Shown here: positions 12,143-25,702 of the stretch, in pieces
Layout of the letters: the number at the start of each line of letters is the position of its first letter
Position numbering within the stretch: position 1 is the stretch's first letter
Assembly: GCA_047285535.1 (NCBI GenBank)
Contig: JBJBDC010000001.1
Location: forward strand, 2,304,136 to 2,368,135
Direction: 5' to 3'
Length of the DNA stretch: 64,000 nucleotides
Source of the DNA: Synechococcus sp.
GTDB taxonomy: Bacteria > Cyanobacteriota > Cyanobacteriia > PCC-6307 > Cyanobiaceae
The notes under the pieces: model-generated
Database searches by the model: none
Told to the model about the DNA's origin: nothing
The model's input: the letters and a program-made list of their open reading frames with translations, nothing else
Position numbers and translations under genes: made by a program

Positions 12143-13252
12143 ATGGAATCTCCTTATCAGCTGATGCGTGAATGGCCTCCTGGCTACGGCGGAGTGGAGC
12201 GGGTGGCCCATGAATTGGCTAATGAGTGGGGAGGAACGGTTTATAGCTTTGATGCTCAATCTCGCAGTACGGATGAAGTCGATGCCTTAAAGGTTGCCTA
12301 CCTGCGCATCGTGTTGCCTACCGCTCCACCCCTCGGTCGCTTAGTGCTTCCACTGCCATCACATGCGCTGTGGAGGTTGTTGCGTTCGCGTCGTCCTCTG
12401 TATGGACACTTGCCCTCACCAGGAGTTCTTTTGGTCTTGCTTTTGGCCCGTTTGCTGCAACCGGGCCGGGCCGTGTTCGCTCATTGGCACTGCTTTGTGG
12501 CCCCTGAGCCGGGATCGAAAGCGAGGTTGTTTGCTCTTTACCAGTGGTTAGCCCTTCGTGTCGTCCCCTATATGACGAAGGTCATCACTACATCACCTGT
12601 GGTGGCTAAGGAGTTGATTCGTTGTGGTTGTCAGTCCTCTCGTGTTGCTGTGTTGCCCTGCTGTCTGAATGCGGAGCAAGAAAAGATCCTGTTGGCGTTG
12701 CCATCAAAACCGGTAACGGCAACACCATTGCGGGTGTTATTTATCGGGCGGCTTGACAGTTACAAGCGATTGGATTGGCTTTTGGAAGCATTGGCTTTGC
12801 AGAAACAGCCGTGGTCTTTGGCCGTGGTGGGCGATGGTCCTCGCCGGCTTGCCTTCGAGGAGCTCAGTTGTCAGTTGTTTGGGGCGGGGTCTGCCGTGAA
12901 CTTTTTAGGCCGTTTGGATGAAGAGGCGAAGGTGGCAGAACTCGCCTCTGCAGATGTACTGGTGCTCCCCTCAGATCGTTCTACAGAAGCGTTTGGGATC
13001 GTTCAGTTAGAGGCCATGGCGGCGGGACTGCCTTCACTTGCTTTTCAACATCGTCGCTCTGGGATGGGCTGGGTCGGCCAGCTCTCAGGATTGCATTGGT
13101 CGCAACAGCCTGATCAGCTGTCGATCGTGCTCAATCAGTTGGCGACTTCTCCTCCACTGCGCAAAGCGTTGGGAGTCGAGGCGCGTGAACGCTATCTGAA
13201 TTTGTTTGCGCGTCAGGTTTGGTTGGAATGTCTGCAATCTGTTCTCTTGTAA
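12143..13252 (+). CDS. Glycosyltransferase family 4 (GT-B)
   Basis: PPGYGGVE, FIGRL..YK, EAFGIVQLEAMAAG (E-x7-E). Confidence 0.9.
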   Translation: MESPYQLMREWPPGYGGVERVAHELANEWGGTVYSFDAQSRSTDEVDALKVAYLRIVLPTAPPLGRLVLPLPSHALWRLLRSRRPLYGHLPSPGVLLVLLLARLLQPGRAVFAHWHCFVAPEPGSKARLFALYQWLALRVVPYMTKVITTSPVVAKELIRCGCQSSRVAVLPCCLNAEQEKILLALPSKPVTATPLRVLFIGRLDSYKRLDWLLEALALQKQPWSLAVVGDGPRRLAFEELSCQLFGAGSAVNFLGRLDEEAKVAELASADVLVLPSDRSTEAFGIVQLEAMAAGLPSLAFQHRRSGMGWVGQLSGLHWSQQPDQLSIVLNQLATSPPLRKALGVEARERYLNLFARQVWLECLQSVLL

Positions 13253-13356
13253 GTGTCGATTGATCAAGGGGGCTGGTTGGCCAGATTTTTTCTCGTCATA
13301 GCTATCCCATCAAGGAGGCCTCAGTAGGCTGTCCTGCAGACGATTTGGCTGTTCTC

Positions 13357-16206
13357 ATGCTCAAGCTCCTGCTGGGTGATCCCAATGCCCGCAAGCTGAA
13401 GCGCTACCAGCCGATCGTGTCTGACATCAATCTGCTGGAAGAAGACATTGCGCCCCTGAGTGATGACGAATTAAGAGCTCGTACCGTTGAGTTTCGTCAG
13501 CGCTTAGCCAACGCTGGCTCCTTAGAGAAACAGAGGCCACTGCTTGATGAGCTGTTGCCGGAGGCCTTCGCAGTGGTTCGCGAAGCTGGCAAGCGGGTTC
13601 TCGGCATGCGTCATTTCGATGTGCAAATGGTCGGAGGCATGGTGCTTCACGAAGGCCAGATTGCTGAGATGAAAACAGGCGAGGGCAAGACCCTCGTCGC
13701 CACTCTTCCTAGCTATCTCAATGCGCTCACCGGTCGAGGCGTTCATGTTGTGACGGTGAACGATTATCTGGCCCGCCGCGATGCGGAATGGATGGGTCAG
13801 GTTCATCGTTTTTTGGGGCTTTCCGTTGGTTTGATTCAGCAGGACATGACGCCTGCTGAACGTCGGATCAATTACGGCTGTGACATCACCTATGCCACAA
13901 ATTCAGAGCTCGGGTTCGATTATTTACGCGACAACATGGCCGCCGATATTAATGAGGTCGTACAGCGCGAGTTTCAGTTTTGCGTGATCGATGAAGTCGA
14001 CTCAATCCTGATCGACGAAGCACGCACTCCTTTGATCATTTCCGGCCAGGTGGAACGGCCTCAAGAAAAATACAAGAAAGCAGCGGAAGTCGCTCAGGCT
14101 CTTGAACGGGCAGCCGAAATGGGCAAAGACGGTATTGACCCAGAAGGTGATTACGAGGTGGATGAAAAGCAACGAAGCTCAACGCTCACCGATGAAGGGT
14201 TCTCTAAAGCTGAGGGACTCATTGGTGTGGCTGATCTCTATGACCCTAAGGATCCCTGGGCTCATTACATCACGAATGCGCTCAAGGCCAAAGAGCTGTT
14301 TATTCGGGATGTCAATTACATCGTTCGCGATGGAGAGGCGGTCATCGTTGATGAATTCACGGGTCGTGTAATGCCAGGACGGCGTTGGAGTGATGGCCAG
14401 CACCAGGCGATTGAGGCCAAGGAGGGTCTGACGATTCAGCCGGAAACGCAGACATTGGCCTCCATCACATACCAGAACTTCTTTCTGCTCTATCCCCGTT
14501 TGGCAGGCATGACTGGAACCGCCAAAACCGAGGAAGTGGAATTTGAAAAAACGTATACCTTGCAGACCACAATCGTTCCTACCAATCGGGTTCGCGCACG
14601 TCAGGACTGGGTTGATCAGGTCTATAAAACTGAGCAGGCCAAATGGCGTGCTGTCGCCAAAGAAACAGCTGAGGTGCACAAGCAGGGTCGCCCTGTTCTT
14701 GTGGGGACCACCAGTGTTGAGAAGAGTGAGCTGCTAAGCGCCTTGTTGGCGGAGCAGGACATTCCTCATAACTTGCTCAATGCAAAACCTGAAAACGTGG
14801 AGCGCGAGGCTGAAATCGTTGCCCAGGCGGGTCGGGCCGGGTCTGTGACGATCGCCACCAACATGGCGGGCCGCGGCACCGACATCATTCTTGGTGGCAA
14901 CAGCGACTACATGGCGCGGCTCAAGTTGCGTGAAGTGCTGTTGCCTCGGTTGGTGCGCCCAGAGGACGGCCATCGCCCACCTGTTCCCCTGCAGCGCACA
15001 GCTAAAGGCGGTGGCGGTTTCTCTGAGACGGCCCCAGAAACGGGTGCTCATGGCAATGCGCCTAGTGAAGCTAAGGCGATTGGCAATCTTTATCCCTGCG
15101 AGCTCACTGAAGAAACGAATCAGGCTTTGGTTGTGCTGGCCAAGCAACTGGTCAAGACTTGGGGTGATCGGAGTCTCAATGTGATCGAACTGGAAGATCG
15201 CATCGCTACAGCGGCAGAAAAAGCACCCACAGCTGACCCTGAGATCGCCCAATTGCGTGCCTCGATCAATGCAGTCAAAGCCGAATATGACGTGGTGGTG
15301 AAGCAGGAGGAAATGGGCGTGCGTGAGGCTGGAGGCCTCCACGTTATTGGCACCGAGCGTCACGAATCACGTCGGGTCGACAACCAGCTCCGAGGTCGCG
15401 CGGGTCGTCAAGGTGACCCAGGCAGCTCCAGATTCTTTCTGTCTTTGGGCGATAACCTCCTACGCATTTTTGGAGGAGAGCGCGTGGCTGGGCTGATGAA
15501 TGCTTTCCGTGTAGAAGAAGATATGCCGATCGAATCCGGCATGCTGACGCGCTCTCTTGAAGGTGCCCAAAAGAAAGTTGAAACGTACTACTACGACATG
15601 CGTAAGCAAGTGTTTGAGTACGACGAGGTGATGAATAACCAGCGCAAAGCTGTTTATACCGAAAGACGTCGTGTCCTTGACGGCCGTGAACTCAAAAAGC
15701 AGGTGATTGGTTATGGCGAGCGCACGATGAATGAAATCGTGGAGGCTTATGTGAATCCTGATCTTCCGCCTGAAGAATGGGATGTGTCGCAGTTGGTGAG
15801 CAAGGTACAAGAGTTCGTCTATCTGTTGGCAGATCTCAAGGCTGAGCAACTGCAGGGGTTGTCAATGGATGAACTCAAGGTGTTTCTTCAGGAGCAACTG
15901 CGTAATGCCTATGACCTGAAGGAAGGCCAGATCGAGGAGGTGCGTCCTGGGCTGATGCGAGAAGCAGAGCGTTTTTTCATCCTTCAACAGATTGATACCC
16001 TCTGGCGTGAGCATCTTCAAGCGATGGATGCATTGCGCGAATCTGTGGGGCTAAGGGGCTATGGCCAAAAAGACCCCCTGATTGAATATAAAAATGAGGG
16101 TTACGATATGTTTCTCGAGATGATGACGAACATGCGCCGTAATGTGATCTATTCAATGTTTATGTTCCAGCCGGCGCCACCGGCGGCGCAGACTACTACT
16201 GCTTGA
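13357..16206 (+). CDS. secA: Preprotein translocase ATPase SecA
   Basis: [44 protein letters not shown]. Confidence 0.99.
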   Translation: MLKLLLGDPNARKLKRYQPIVSDINLLEEDIAPLSDDELRARTVEFRQRLANAGSLEKQRPLLDELLPEAFAVVREAGKRVLGMRHFDVQMVGGMVLHEGQIAEMKTGEGKTLVATLPSYLNALTGRGVHVVTVNDYLARRDAEWMGQVHRFLGLSVGLIQQDMTPAERRINYGCDITYATNSELGFDYLRDNMAADINEVVQREFQFCVIDEVDSILIDEARTPLIISGQVERPQEKYKKAAEVAQALERAAEMGKDGIDPEGDYEVDEKQRSSTLTDEGFSKAEGLIGVADLYDPKDPWAHYITNALKAKELFIRDVNYIVRDGEAVIVDEFTGRVMPGRRWSDGQHQAIEAKEGLTIQPETQTLASITYQNFFLLYPRLAGMTGTAKTEEVEFEKTYTLQTTIVPTNRVRARQDWVDQVYKTEQAKWRAVAKETAEVHKQGRPVLVGTTSVEKSELLSALLAEQDIPHNLLNAKPENVEREAEIVAQAGRAGSVTIATNMAGRGTDIILGGNSDYMARLKLREVLLPRLVRPEDGHRPPVPLQRTAKGGGGFSETAPETGAHGNAPSEAKAIGNLYPCELTEETNQALVVLAKQLVKTWGDRSLNVIELEDRIATAAEKAPTADPEIAQLRASINAVKAEYDVVVKQEEMGVREAGGLHVIGTERHESRRVDNQLRGRAGRQGDPGSSRFFLSLGDNLLRIFGGERVAGLMNAFRVEEDMPIESGMLTRSLEGAQKKVETYYYDMRKQVFEYDEVMNNQRKAVYTERRRVLDGRELKKQVIGYGERTMNEIVEAYVNPDLPPEEWDVSQLVSKVQEFVYLLADLKAEQLQGLSMDELKVFLQEQLRNAYDLKEGQIEEVRPGLMREAERFFILQQIDTLWREHLQAMDALRESVGLRGYGQKDPLIEYKNEGYDMFLEMMTNMRRNVIYSMFMFQPAPPAAQTTTA

Positions 16207-16957
16207 AGGGTGGTGAATTTTGCTCTCCCAAAAACTCAATGATTTCTCGATCCTTGAGGTTTTGGGATTTACCGGCGCAGACTTCACGAATCGGACGCCC
16301 AGCTGCCACTGCTTGTAGGCATGCCTGCAGCTCGCCTACTTGATTTTCCAACTGATCAATGCGTTCCATCAGGTTGCGGATCACATTGGCCTCAGCATCA
16401 GGAAGGGCGGAGTGGGCGAGGGGATTGATGCGTACTCCGCTCTGATGGATGACGCGACCAGGAACCCCGACCACGGTGCAGTTTTGCTCGACATCTCTGA
16501 CCACGACAGAACCAGCTCCAATTCTGGTGTTGGTTCCCACGTTGATGGCTCCCAGCACCTTGGCTCCTGCCCCTACGACAACGTTGTTGGCCAGTGTTGG
16601 GTGACGCTTGCCATGGTCTTTGCCTGTTCCGCCCAGGGTGACCCCCTGATATAGCAAGCAGCGGTCTCCGATTCGGCTTGTTTCGCCGATCACCACACCC
16701 ATTCCGTGATCAATGAAGACGCCATGGCCGATCTTGGCGCCTGGATGAATTTCTATGCCAGTCAGCCCACGTCCCAGTTGGCTCAACAGGCGTGCCGCCA
16801 GCTTCAGGGGTAATCGCGAACGCCAGAGGCGGTGGCTGAGCCTGTGCAGACTGATGGCTTGAAACCCTGGATAGCAGAGCAGGATCTCAAGGGGTCCACG
16901 CGCTGCAGGATCTCGTTCACGGATGATCGCTAAGTCTGCCCGGAACTGGTTAAGCAT
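16196..16957 (-). CDS. cysE: Serine O-acetyltransferase
   Basis: [32 protein letters not shown] hexapeptide repeats. Confidence 0.97.
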   Translation of the reverse strand: MLNQFRADLAIIRERDPAARGPLEILLCYPGFQAISLHRLSHRLWRSRLPLKLAARLLSQLGRGLTGIEIHPGAKIGHGVFIDHGMGVVIGETSRIGDRCLLYQGVTLGGTGKDHGKRHPTLANNVVVGAGAKVLGAINVGTNTRIGAGSVVVRDVEQNCTVVGVPGRVIHQSGVRINPLAHSALPDAEANVIRNLMERIDQLENQVGELQACLQAVAAGRPIREVCAGKSQNLKDREIIEFLGEQNSPPFKQ

Positions 16958-17026
16958 GACCTTGCTGCCTTAAGCCTTTCGCTAGTCCTGGCATCATCTC
17001 TTGCGGGCATTCCTCATCGTTGTGAT

Positions 17027-18016
17027 TTAGCTGTTGATCAGGCCAATTTCCTTGCGTAAAAGTTCAATCGTGTCACTGCTTAGATAGCTCTCGGCGCAGT
17101 GCACTTGGGGCATGCGCATCAGCTGGGAGCGATTCTGACGCAGACACTGCTCCACAAGCGGCATGCTTGGACGATCGCAGAGAACGTGACTAGAAGCGCG
17201 GAGAAGTGCTAAGAGGCGGCTACCAATATCCGGTGTGGCGGTCATCAGCAACAGGTCATTGCCGCGCATGCTGTGCAGGATCACCTCAGCCGCCCGCAGG
17301 ATGCCTGGGCTAATGCTCACCAGGCCCACGCAGCTGCCCTGACGGAGCTCTTTCAACATCGCCAGTTCTGCGCGGAAGTCGTTGAGATCGACAGCAACGG
17401 CACGCACGCCGTGTTTCTTCGCCAGTTCTTCTACAGGCTGGAGGAAATAACGACTGGTCACGACAGTGCCATTGCTGGCGTTTTCGAGCACGCTTTCCAG
17501 CTCTTCCATGGGCACCACTTCTACGGGCACGTTGATGTTCGGTTCAAGTTCTTCGGCGATCAGCATCGAAGCACCGATGTCTTCCCGCGGGGTACTCACC
17601 AGCACGCGAGCGCCGCAACGCAGGCGCCAATCGATTTCCCTTGTGAGAAGTTCACGAGTTTGTTGCAGTGTGCAGCCGGCATTCAGAAGTCCATCAACGC
17701 ATTTGCGCACCTCTCGATCGAGATCGGTGACGCCTCGATTGCGGATGTGGGGAGGTGTTTTGATTTCCCTCGGCTTCTGCTGATCGCGCACATAGATCCC
17801 TGAACCGGCCATGGCTTCGACGACACCATCTGTTTCCAGCTGGCGGTAAACCTTGCTGATGGTGTTGCGATGCAGACCGGTCTGCATCGCAAGCTGCCTT
17901 GTGCTGGGGAGACGATGCCCTGGAGGGTAGTGCCGGGCAGCAATAGCGAAACAGATCTGGTTGTAGAGCTGAGTCGATGCCGGAATGTCGCTTTCCTGTT
18001 GGATGTGGAATCGCAC
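17027..18016 (-). CDS. plmA: GntR family regulator, cyanobacterial PlmA subfamily
   Basis: N-terminal wHTH RLPSTRQLA..HRNT..KVY..GSGIYV with a long cyanobacteria-type C-terminal domain; GTG start. Confidence 0.8.
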   Translation of the reverse strand: MRFHIQQESDIPASTQLYNQICFAIAARHYPPGHRLPSTRQLAMQTGLHRNTISKVYRQLETDGVVEAMAGSGIYVRDQQKPREIKTPPHIRNRGVTDLDREVRKCVDGLLNAGCTLQQTRELLTREIDWRLRCGARVLVSTPREDIGASMLIAEELEPNINVPVEVVPMEELESVLENASNGTVVTSRYFLQPVEELAKKHGVRAVAVDLNDFRAELAMLKELRQGSCVGLVSISPGILRAAEVILHSMRGNDLLLMTATPDIGSRLLALLRASSHVLCDRPSMPLVEQCLRQNRSQLMRMPQVHCAESYLSSDTIELLRKEIGLINS

Positions 18017-18149
18017 GCCGGTGGTCCGGATCGGAATGCGGCCACCTTAAGGACTGGATCGCCTTGTGACAATCGCTGAGATGATCCTTGCCCTGATCTG
18101 AAGCTTCCTTTTCACGCATTGATGTCAATGCCTCTCTGCCTTTCTCAGC

Positions 18150-18795
18150 CTTGGCGCACAATCTGAGTCAGGGTGAAAATTGGTCCTTGGCCGTGGCTTG
18201 GTCCGTCGGTTCTGCGCCAAATAGCCGAGGAAAAGGGGCTTGGTGCTCTGCGCCTCTTGGCCGAGATCTTTGGAGGGAATGCGTGGGTGTTTGGACTGGT
18301 CGAGTATTGATCTGTTGCTGGCATTCCTTCGCCAGCGATGCCGCCATAGGCGCAAATCCCCTGAGACTTGAGTTCAGCCATGGCACCAGGCCACCTTCAA
18401 GGTCTGCGGTGCGAGGATTCATGAGTCAGAACTCCTCAAGGATGTTCAATCCTCGATGGAATGATCAGGCAGGCTGTCTCGCTTGATGATCAGTCCTTTC
18501 ATCAAGCTGGTGCGTCAGTGCTTAGGCGGTTATTAGGTCTCTCTTGTCTGCGACCCTTGCTGACGTTGATGTCAGTTTGAATTTTGACGAGACGAGGACA
18601 GCCTCGGGCGCCGAGTGCGATAAGCCCCCTGTTTGAAGTGGTTGCAGCAGCTGAAGAAGAGAGAGATCCATGGTCTTGTCGGCAGCTATTGATAGCCGAG
18701 CGATGTTGCGACTGACGAACCAACTTGATGGGTGAGATCAGTGATTCGTCTCAAGAGGTCTGTGATCAAGGACTGGAAGCTGCTTTCAGAGAAGG
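18150..18795 (+). pseudogene. Heavily degraded dienelactone hydrolase family gene (boundaries approximate)
   Basis: Hand translation across frames gives LLAEIFGGNAWV..*SVAGIPSPAMP (from 18248), ELLKDVQSSME*, RQCLGG (18513-18530; G-x-C-x-G-G nucleophile remnant), LLSATLADVDVSLNFD, MGE..WKLL, collinear with the DLH family motif order. Confidence 0.7.
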
Positions 18796-18796
18796 C

Positions 18797-19435
18797 TCAG
18801 GGTTGAGTGATGTTTCGACGAGCCGGAGAGGGGATGGTTCTCACTGCTTTGTTCACACTTTCGTCATCTTTGTCTTTTTTCACCAGCGGCGTTTTGCGTG
18901 GTGTGAGGAACATGATCATGTTCCGGCCTTCGCGCTTTGGAGGCTGTTGGACCTCAGCAGGCTCCTCCAGATCCTTGGCCATACGTCGTAGCAACACCTC
19001 AGCCAACGCAGTGTGTTGAATCTCACGGCCTCGGAAAATGACCGTGCATTTCACTTTGTCACCCGCCTTCAAGAAGCGCTGAGCTTGACCAATCCTGACG
19101 TCGTAATCGTGTTGATCGATCTTGTAACGCATCTTGACTTCTTTGACTTCGGTCTGGTGCGATTTTTTCTTGGCTTCTTTGGCCTTTTTTTCTTGTTCGA
19201 ATTTGAATTTGCCGTAATCCATGATCCGGCAGACCGGCGGATCAGCTTTCTCGCTTACCAAGACGAGGTCAAGTTCCCGGTCACGGGCAACTTCTAATGC
19301 CTTCTCTCGGTCAATCACTCCGAGTTGTTCTCCGTCTGCGTCAACAACCCTCAGCTGGGGATAGTTGATGCGGTCATTGATGTTGGGGAGCTCCCTGACT
19401 GGAGCGCGACGGTCAAAGCGAGGACGTGGAGGCAT
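18797..19435 (-). CDS. infC: Translation initiation factor IF-3
   Basis: [35 protein letters not shown]. Confidence 0.98.
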   Translation of the reverse strand: MPPRPRFDRRAPVRELPNINDRINYPQLRVVDADGEQLGVIDREKALEVARDRELDLVLVSEKADPPVCRIMDYGKFKFEQEKKAKEAKKKSHQTEVKEVKMRYKIDQHDYDVRIGQAQRFLKAGDKVKCTVIFRGREIQHTALAEVLLRRMAKDLEEPAEVQQPPKREGRNMIMFLTPRKTPLVKKDKDDESVNKAVRTIPSPARRNITQP

Positions 19436-19489
19436 TCAGTGTTGTGAAGAACTGCTGATTGGTAGTTGTTTTCAGCAGAGTTATGGTGT

Positions 19490-20368
19490 TCAGCCTAAAC
19501 CCGCTTCGATCAGATCTCTCGCTTCGCTTAAGGCATCCTGACCACTGAGCCAGTGAGGGCTGTGTTGTCGTCGAAACCAAGTTCTCTGGCGCTTCGCAAA
19601 TTGCTGTGTGCGTCGGGTGGTGATTTCGATCGCTTTGGATTTGTCGAGACCTCCTTTTAGGACCGCTAGAGCTTCGCCGTAGCCGATGGTCTGCAGCATG
19701 GGGAGATCGGATCCATAGCGTTGGCTCAGTTGTTCCGTCTCTGCAATCAAACCCTTTCGGTAGATCTGATCGGTTCTATCCTCGATACGTGATCGCAGCT
19801 CCCTGGGATTCAGACCTAGCTCGAGCACACGCCAGAGAGGTGGGTTGGTTGATTGTTGCTGACTCATCGGTTTGCCACTGCAATACAGCACTTCCAGAGC
19901 TCTCTGCGTGCGAACAGCATCCGCTGGAGCGATCTTGGCCGCTGCTTGAGGATCTGCCTGTTGAAGAAGTTGATGGCAGTTGCTTTGACCGAGTTCGCTG
20001 AGCTGATGACGCAGTTTGGTTTGAGGAGGGACGGCTGGGGGCTGCAAGCCTTGGGTTAGGGCTTTTAAGTAAAGGCCGCTGCCTCCCGCCAGAAAGGCCA
20101 CTCCCCGTGCCTGGAGTACGTGGTTGATCGCCTCTGTTGCTTCTTGCTGGAACTCCTGGAGGTTGATGGGCTGATCGGGGGAACGGAGGTCCAGGAGGTG
20201 ATGTTTGACGCGCTGCTGTTGCTCTGGCGTGGGTTTGGCCGTGCCGATGTCCATCTCGCGGTAGAGCTGGCGCGAATCAATGTTGAGGATGTCCAGTTGG
20301 AAGTGTTCTGCGAGTTCCAGGGCGAGAGCGGTTTTGCCGCTCGCGGTTGGGCCAAGCAAAATCACCAC
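19490..20368 (-). CDS. miaA: tRNA dimethylallyltransferase
   Basis: [36 protein letters not shown]. Confidence 0.97.
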   Translation of the reverse strand: MVILLGPTASGKTALALELAEHFQLDILNIDSRQLYREMDIGTAKPTPEQQQRVKHHLLDLRSPDQPINLQEFQQEATEAINHVLQARGVAFLAGGSGLYLKALTQGLQPPAVPPQTKLRHQLSELGQSNCHQLLQQADPQAAAKIAPADAVRTQRALEVLYCSGKPMSQQQSTNPPLWRVLELGLNPRELRSRIEDRTDQIYRKGLIAETEQLSQRYGSDLPMLQTIGYGEALAVLKGGLDKSKAIEITTRRTQQFAKRQRTWFRRQHSPHWLSGQDALSEARDLIEAGLG

Positions 20369-20506
20369 TAAGGGAGCTTCTGCGCTGGCTGTGGTCCTTA
20401 AGTCTGGCCTGACCTGATTGATCGAATAAATGATGGGTGTACCCCCTTTGAAAATGACGCGTGAGAGGCTTCTGCAAGCGCCTCTGGAATACCGGTGGTA
20501 AATTAG

Positions 20507-22837
<2,331 letters not shown>

Positions 22838-22845
<8 letters not shown>

Positions 22846-23248
22846 TTCACTCATACCTGGCCAGTTTGTTTTGGTTGGAATTGGTGCAATCCCAGGGGCT
22901 TGGCTGCGTTTGCGGATTGTCAATCATTTTGATCCGATGGTTCCCCGAAAGCATTGGGGCACATTCGCTGTGAACCTCACGGCAGCTTTTGCCTTGGGTT
23001 TGGTGCTCGGACTTCAAGTCAATGATCCCTGTACTGCTACTAGGGGAGTCTCTGGATTGACTTTATTGGTTGCAGTTGGTTTTTTCGGCAGTCTCAGCAC
23101 CTTCTCTACGTTTGCTGTCGAGTTGTTCACAACTTTGAAGCAAGGGCATTGGCTTGAATCTGTTCTGCTCGGAATTGGTTCGATCTTGGGCGGGTTGGCT
23201 TTGGCTGGGCTTGGTTATGGCATCGGGTTAGCCGAGGGAATCTCCTGA
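22838..23248 (+). CDS. crcB: Fluoride channel Fluc/CrcB (first of pair)
   Basis: [27 protein letters not shown]. Confidence 0.92.
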
Positions 23249-23643
23249 TGTCGGATCGTGCTGCCACCGCGCCTAAGCAGCTGTCTCTCCGACAGGAACT
23301 GACCGAGCTCTTCCTCGTGGCGGTTGGTGCGGTTCCTGGTGCGTTGATGCGCTGGCAGATTGGTGTTCACCTTCACGACAACGCCCTTGTTGTGAACGTG
23401 CTCGGTGCTTTCGTTTTGGGTTGGTTGGTTGGGCTTCCCTTACGCCCTAGGCGGCAGCTATTGGTTGGTATTGGTTTCTGTGGTTCGCTCACCACCTTCA
23501 GCAGTTGGATGGTGTACTGCGTCACTTATATCGCTCAGGGCGACTGGCGTTCAGCCTTGGGTTTGATCGGTTTCACCCTCGGGCTGGGCCTAGGTGCCGC
23601 AGCCCTTGGAGTGATGCTGGGTCGCGCTTGGTCTAGGCGCTGA
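23248..23643 (+). CDS. crcB: Fluoride channel Fluc/CrcB (second of pair)
   Basis: GAVPGALMR, VNVLGAF, GFCGSLTTFSSW; TGATG stop/start coupling. Confidence 0.92.
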   Translation: MSDRAATAPKQLSLRQELTELFLVAVGAVPGALMRWQIGVHLHDNALVVNVLGAFVLGWLVGLPLRPRRQLLVGIGFCGSLTTFSSWMVYCVTYIAQGDWRSALGLIGFTLGLGLGAAALGVMLGRAWSRR

Positions 23644-24112
23644 GTGCGGATTCAATGGCGCCCTTCAGTTCATCCGAATCGGGTTCAACACCACTTTTGA
23701 ATCGAGCAATCACAGTGCCGTCCTTGCCCACGAGGAACTTTTCAAAGTTCCATGCCACATCGCCTGAGGGTTCTGTCTGATTGAGGGTCGTGTAGGGCTC
23801 GGTGGTGCTGCCGGTGGCATGCACTTTGTTGAACAGTTCAAAATTGGCGTTGTAAGTGGTGGCGCAAAAGTTTTTGATTTCGTCCAGAGTGCCTGGCTCT
23901 TGCCCGCCGAAATCGTTGCAGGGGAAGCCCAACACCTGGAGTCCTTTGGAGCCGTAATTGTCTTGCAGCGCTTGCAGACCACTGTATTGGCGAGTGAAAC
24001 CACAGTGACTGGCTACGTTCACGATCAGCAGGACCTTGCCGGCGTAGGAACCGAGGGATTTTTCTGTTCCATCGGGAGTAGTGACGGACACATTACTGAT
24101 GTTGGGGGCCAT
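23633..24112 (-). CDS. gpx: Glutathione peroxidase family protein (Cys type)
   Basis: VNVASHCGFT, GFPCNDFGGQEPG, WNFEKFLV. Confidence 0.95.
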   Translation of the reverse strand: MAPNISNVSVTTPDGTEKSLGSYAGKVLLIVNVASHCGFTRQYSGLQALQDNYGSKGLQVLGFPCNDFGGQEPGTLDEIKNFCATTYNANFELFNKVHATGSTTEPYTTLNQTEPSGDVAWNFEKFLVGKDGTVIARFKSGVEPDSDELKGAIESALSA

Positions 24113-24189
24113 TACGGTTTCAGGTGACATTGGCGCAGACGATAACCGGCCGCAGATCGACTTACACTTCAAATGACTGGGTGGAGAGC

Positions 24190-25650
24190 ATGGATGAAGC
24201 CCAGGGCAGCAGCGGCGTGAGCATTGCTAATGACCTGGTTGCTGAGGTCGTCACTCAGCAACTTGAGTCCATGTTGTCTGTCGGCAACTATGACGGCGTC
24301 AAATTGCTCTTGGCTCCTGTTCAGCCCGTGGATGCGGCGGAAGCGATTGGGTATCTACCGCGAACGATGCAGGCACTTGCTTTCCGATTGCTCGGAAAAG
24401 ATGAAGCGATTGAGGTCTATGAATACCTTGAGCCAGCCGTTCAGCAAAGCTTGTTGGAACGGCTGCGTTCGGGTGAAGTCCTGGAGCTCGTGGAAGAGAT
24501 GTCGCCTGACGATCGGGTGCGCCTTTTCGACGAGCTCCCGGCCAAGGTGGTTCGCCGCCTCTTAGTGGAGCTCAGCCCTGCGGAGCGACGTGTCACCGCC
24601 CAACTCTTGGGCTATGCGCCTGAAACGGCTGGCCGTTTGATGACGACTGAGTACATCGATCTTAAGGAATTTCATAGTGCCGCACAGGCTCTCACCATTG
24701 TTCGCCGCCGTGCAAGAGAAACCGAAACGATCTACAGCCTCTACGTCACCGATGGACAGCGACATCTTTCTGGAATTTTGTCTCTGCGGGATTTGGTCAC
24801 CGCCGACCCCACCGATTGCATTGGCGAGGTGATGACGCGGGAGGTTGTGAGCGTTGGCACCGATACCGATCAGGAGGAGGTGGCCAGGGCGATCCAGCGT
24901 TATGACTTTCTTGCCGTGCCCGTTGTGGACCGGGAACGTCGTCTTGTTGGGATCGTCACAGTGGATGATGTCATCGACGTCATCGAGCAGGAAGCAACTC
25001 GCGACATCTATGCGGCGGGTGCTGTGCAGGCCGGCGATGAAGATGATTATTTTCAGAGCAATCTTTTTACCGTTGCGCGTCGGCGGGTGGTTTGGCTGTT
25101 GGTCTTGGTGATTGCCAATATTTTCACCACCCAGGTGATCGCGATCAATGATGGGGTTTTACGTGAGGTGGTGATGCTCGCGGCCTTCATCCCTTTGCTG
25201 ATCGGTACAGGTGGGAATGTGGGTGCTCAGAGTTCCACGGTGGTGATTCGCGGTCTGAGCACCCAACGCATTCAGGCGCTGGGTCCATGGCGTGCTGTTT
25301 TCCGTGAAGCAGTGGCGGGAGCTTTGCTGGGACTTTTGATGCTTGTCGTTGTAGTGCCTTTTGCCTGGTGGCGGGGAGATGGCCCCTTAGTAGGAATGGC
25401 AGTGGGCATCAGCCTGATGGCGATCACCACTCTGGCGGCTACTGCTGGTGCGTCGCTTCCTTTGCTGTTTAACCGTATGGGCTTGGATCCAGCACTGATG
25501 TCAGCCCCATTTATTACCACCGCAACAGATGTGGCAGGAGTTTTCATTTATCTCAAGACAGCTGAGTGGTTGCTGCTGCGTGCTCCCCAGCTGCTTGAGA
25601 CCACTAGAACGAGTATTTTTACTCAATTAGCAGCTGCGCTCGCTTTCTGA
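24190..25650 (+). CDS. mgtE: Magnesium transporter MgtE
   Basis: N-domain, CBS pair (AGRLMT, GIVTVDD), GGNVGAQS, DPALMSAPFITT..D. Confidence 0.96.
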   Translation: MDEAQGSSGVSIANDLVAEVVTQQLESMLSVGNYDGVKLLLAPVQPVDAAEAIGYLPRTMQALAFRLLGKDEAIEVYEYLEPAVQQSLLERLRSGEVLELVEEMSPDDRVRLFDELPAKVVRRLLVELSPAERRVTAQLLGYAPETAGRLMTTEYIDLKEFHSAAQALTIVRRRARETETIYSLYVTDGQRHLSGILSLRDLVTADPTDCIGEVMTREVVSVGTDTDQEEVARAIQRYDFLAVPVVDRERRLVGIVTVDDVIDVIEQEATRDIYAAGAVQAGDEDDYFQSNLFTVARRRVVWLLVLVIANIFTTQVIAINDGVLREVVMLAAFIPLLIGTGGNVGAQSSTVVIRGLSTQRIQALGPWRAVFREAVAGALLGLLMLVVVVPFAWWRGDGPLVGMAVGISLMAITTLAATAGASLPLLFNRMGLDPALMSAPFITTATDVAGVFIYLKTAEWLLLRAPQLLETTRTSIFTQLAAALAF

Positions 25651-25702
25651 GAGTTCGTTTACGTTTCTTAGGGTTATTCTTTACACAACTCAATGAAGCG
25701 TC

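Noticed and set aside
18125..18723. Short ORFs of 73-111 aa on both strands in the ORF track
   Set aside because: Better explained as chance frames over the decayed dienelactone hydrolase gene
25651..25702. HLR1 (RpaB) site upstream of the sigma gene
   Set aside because: TTTAC half-sites are present but not at the canonical direct-repeat spacing
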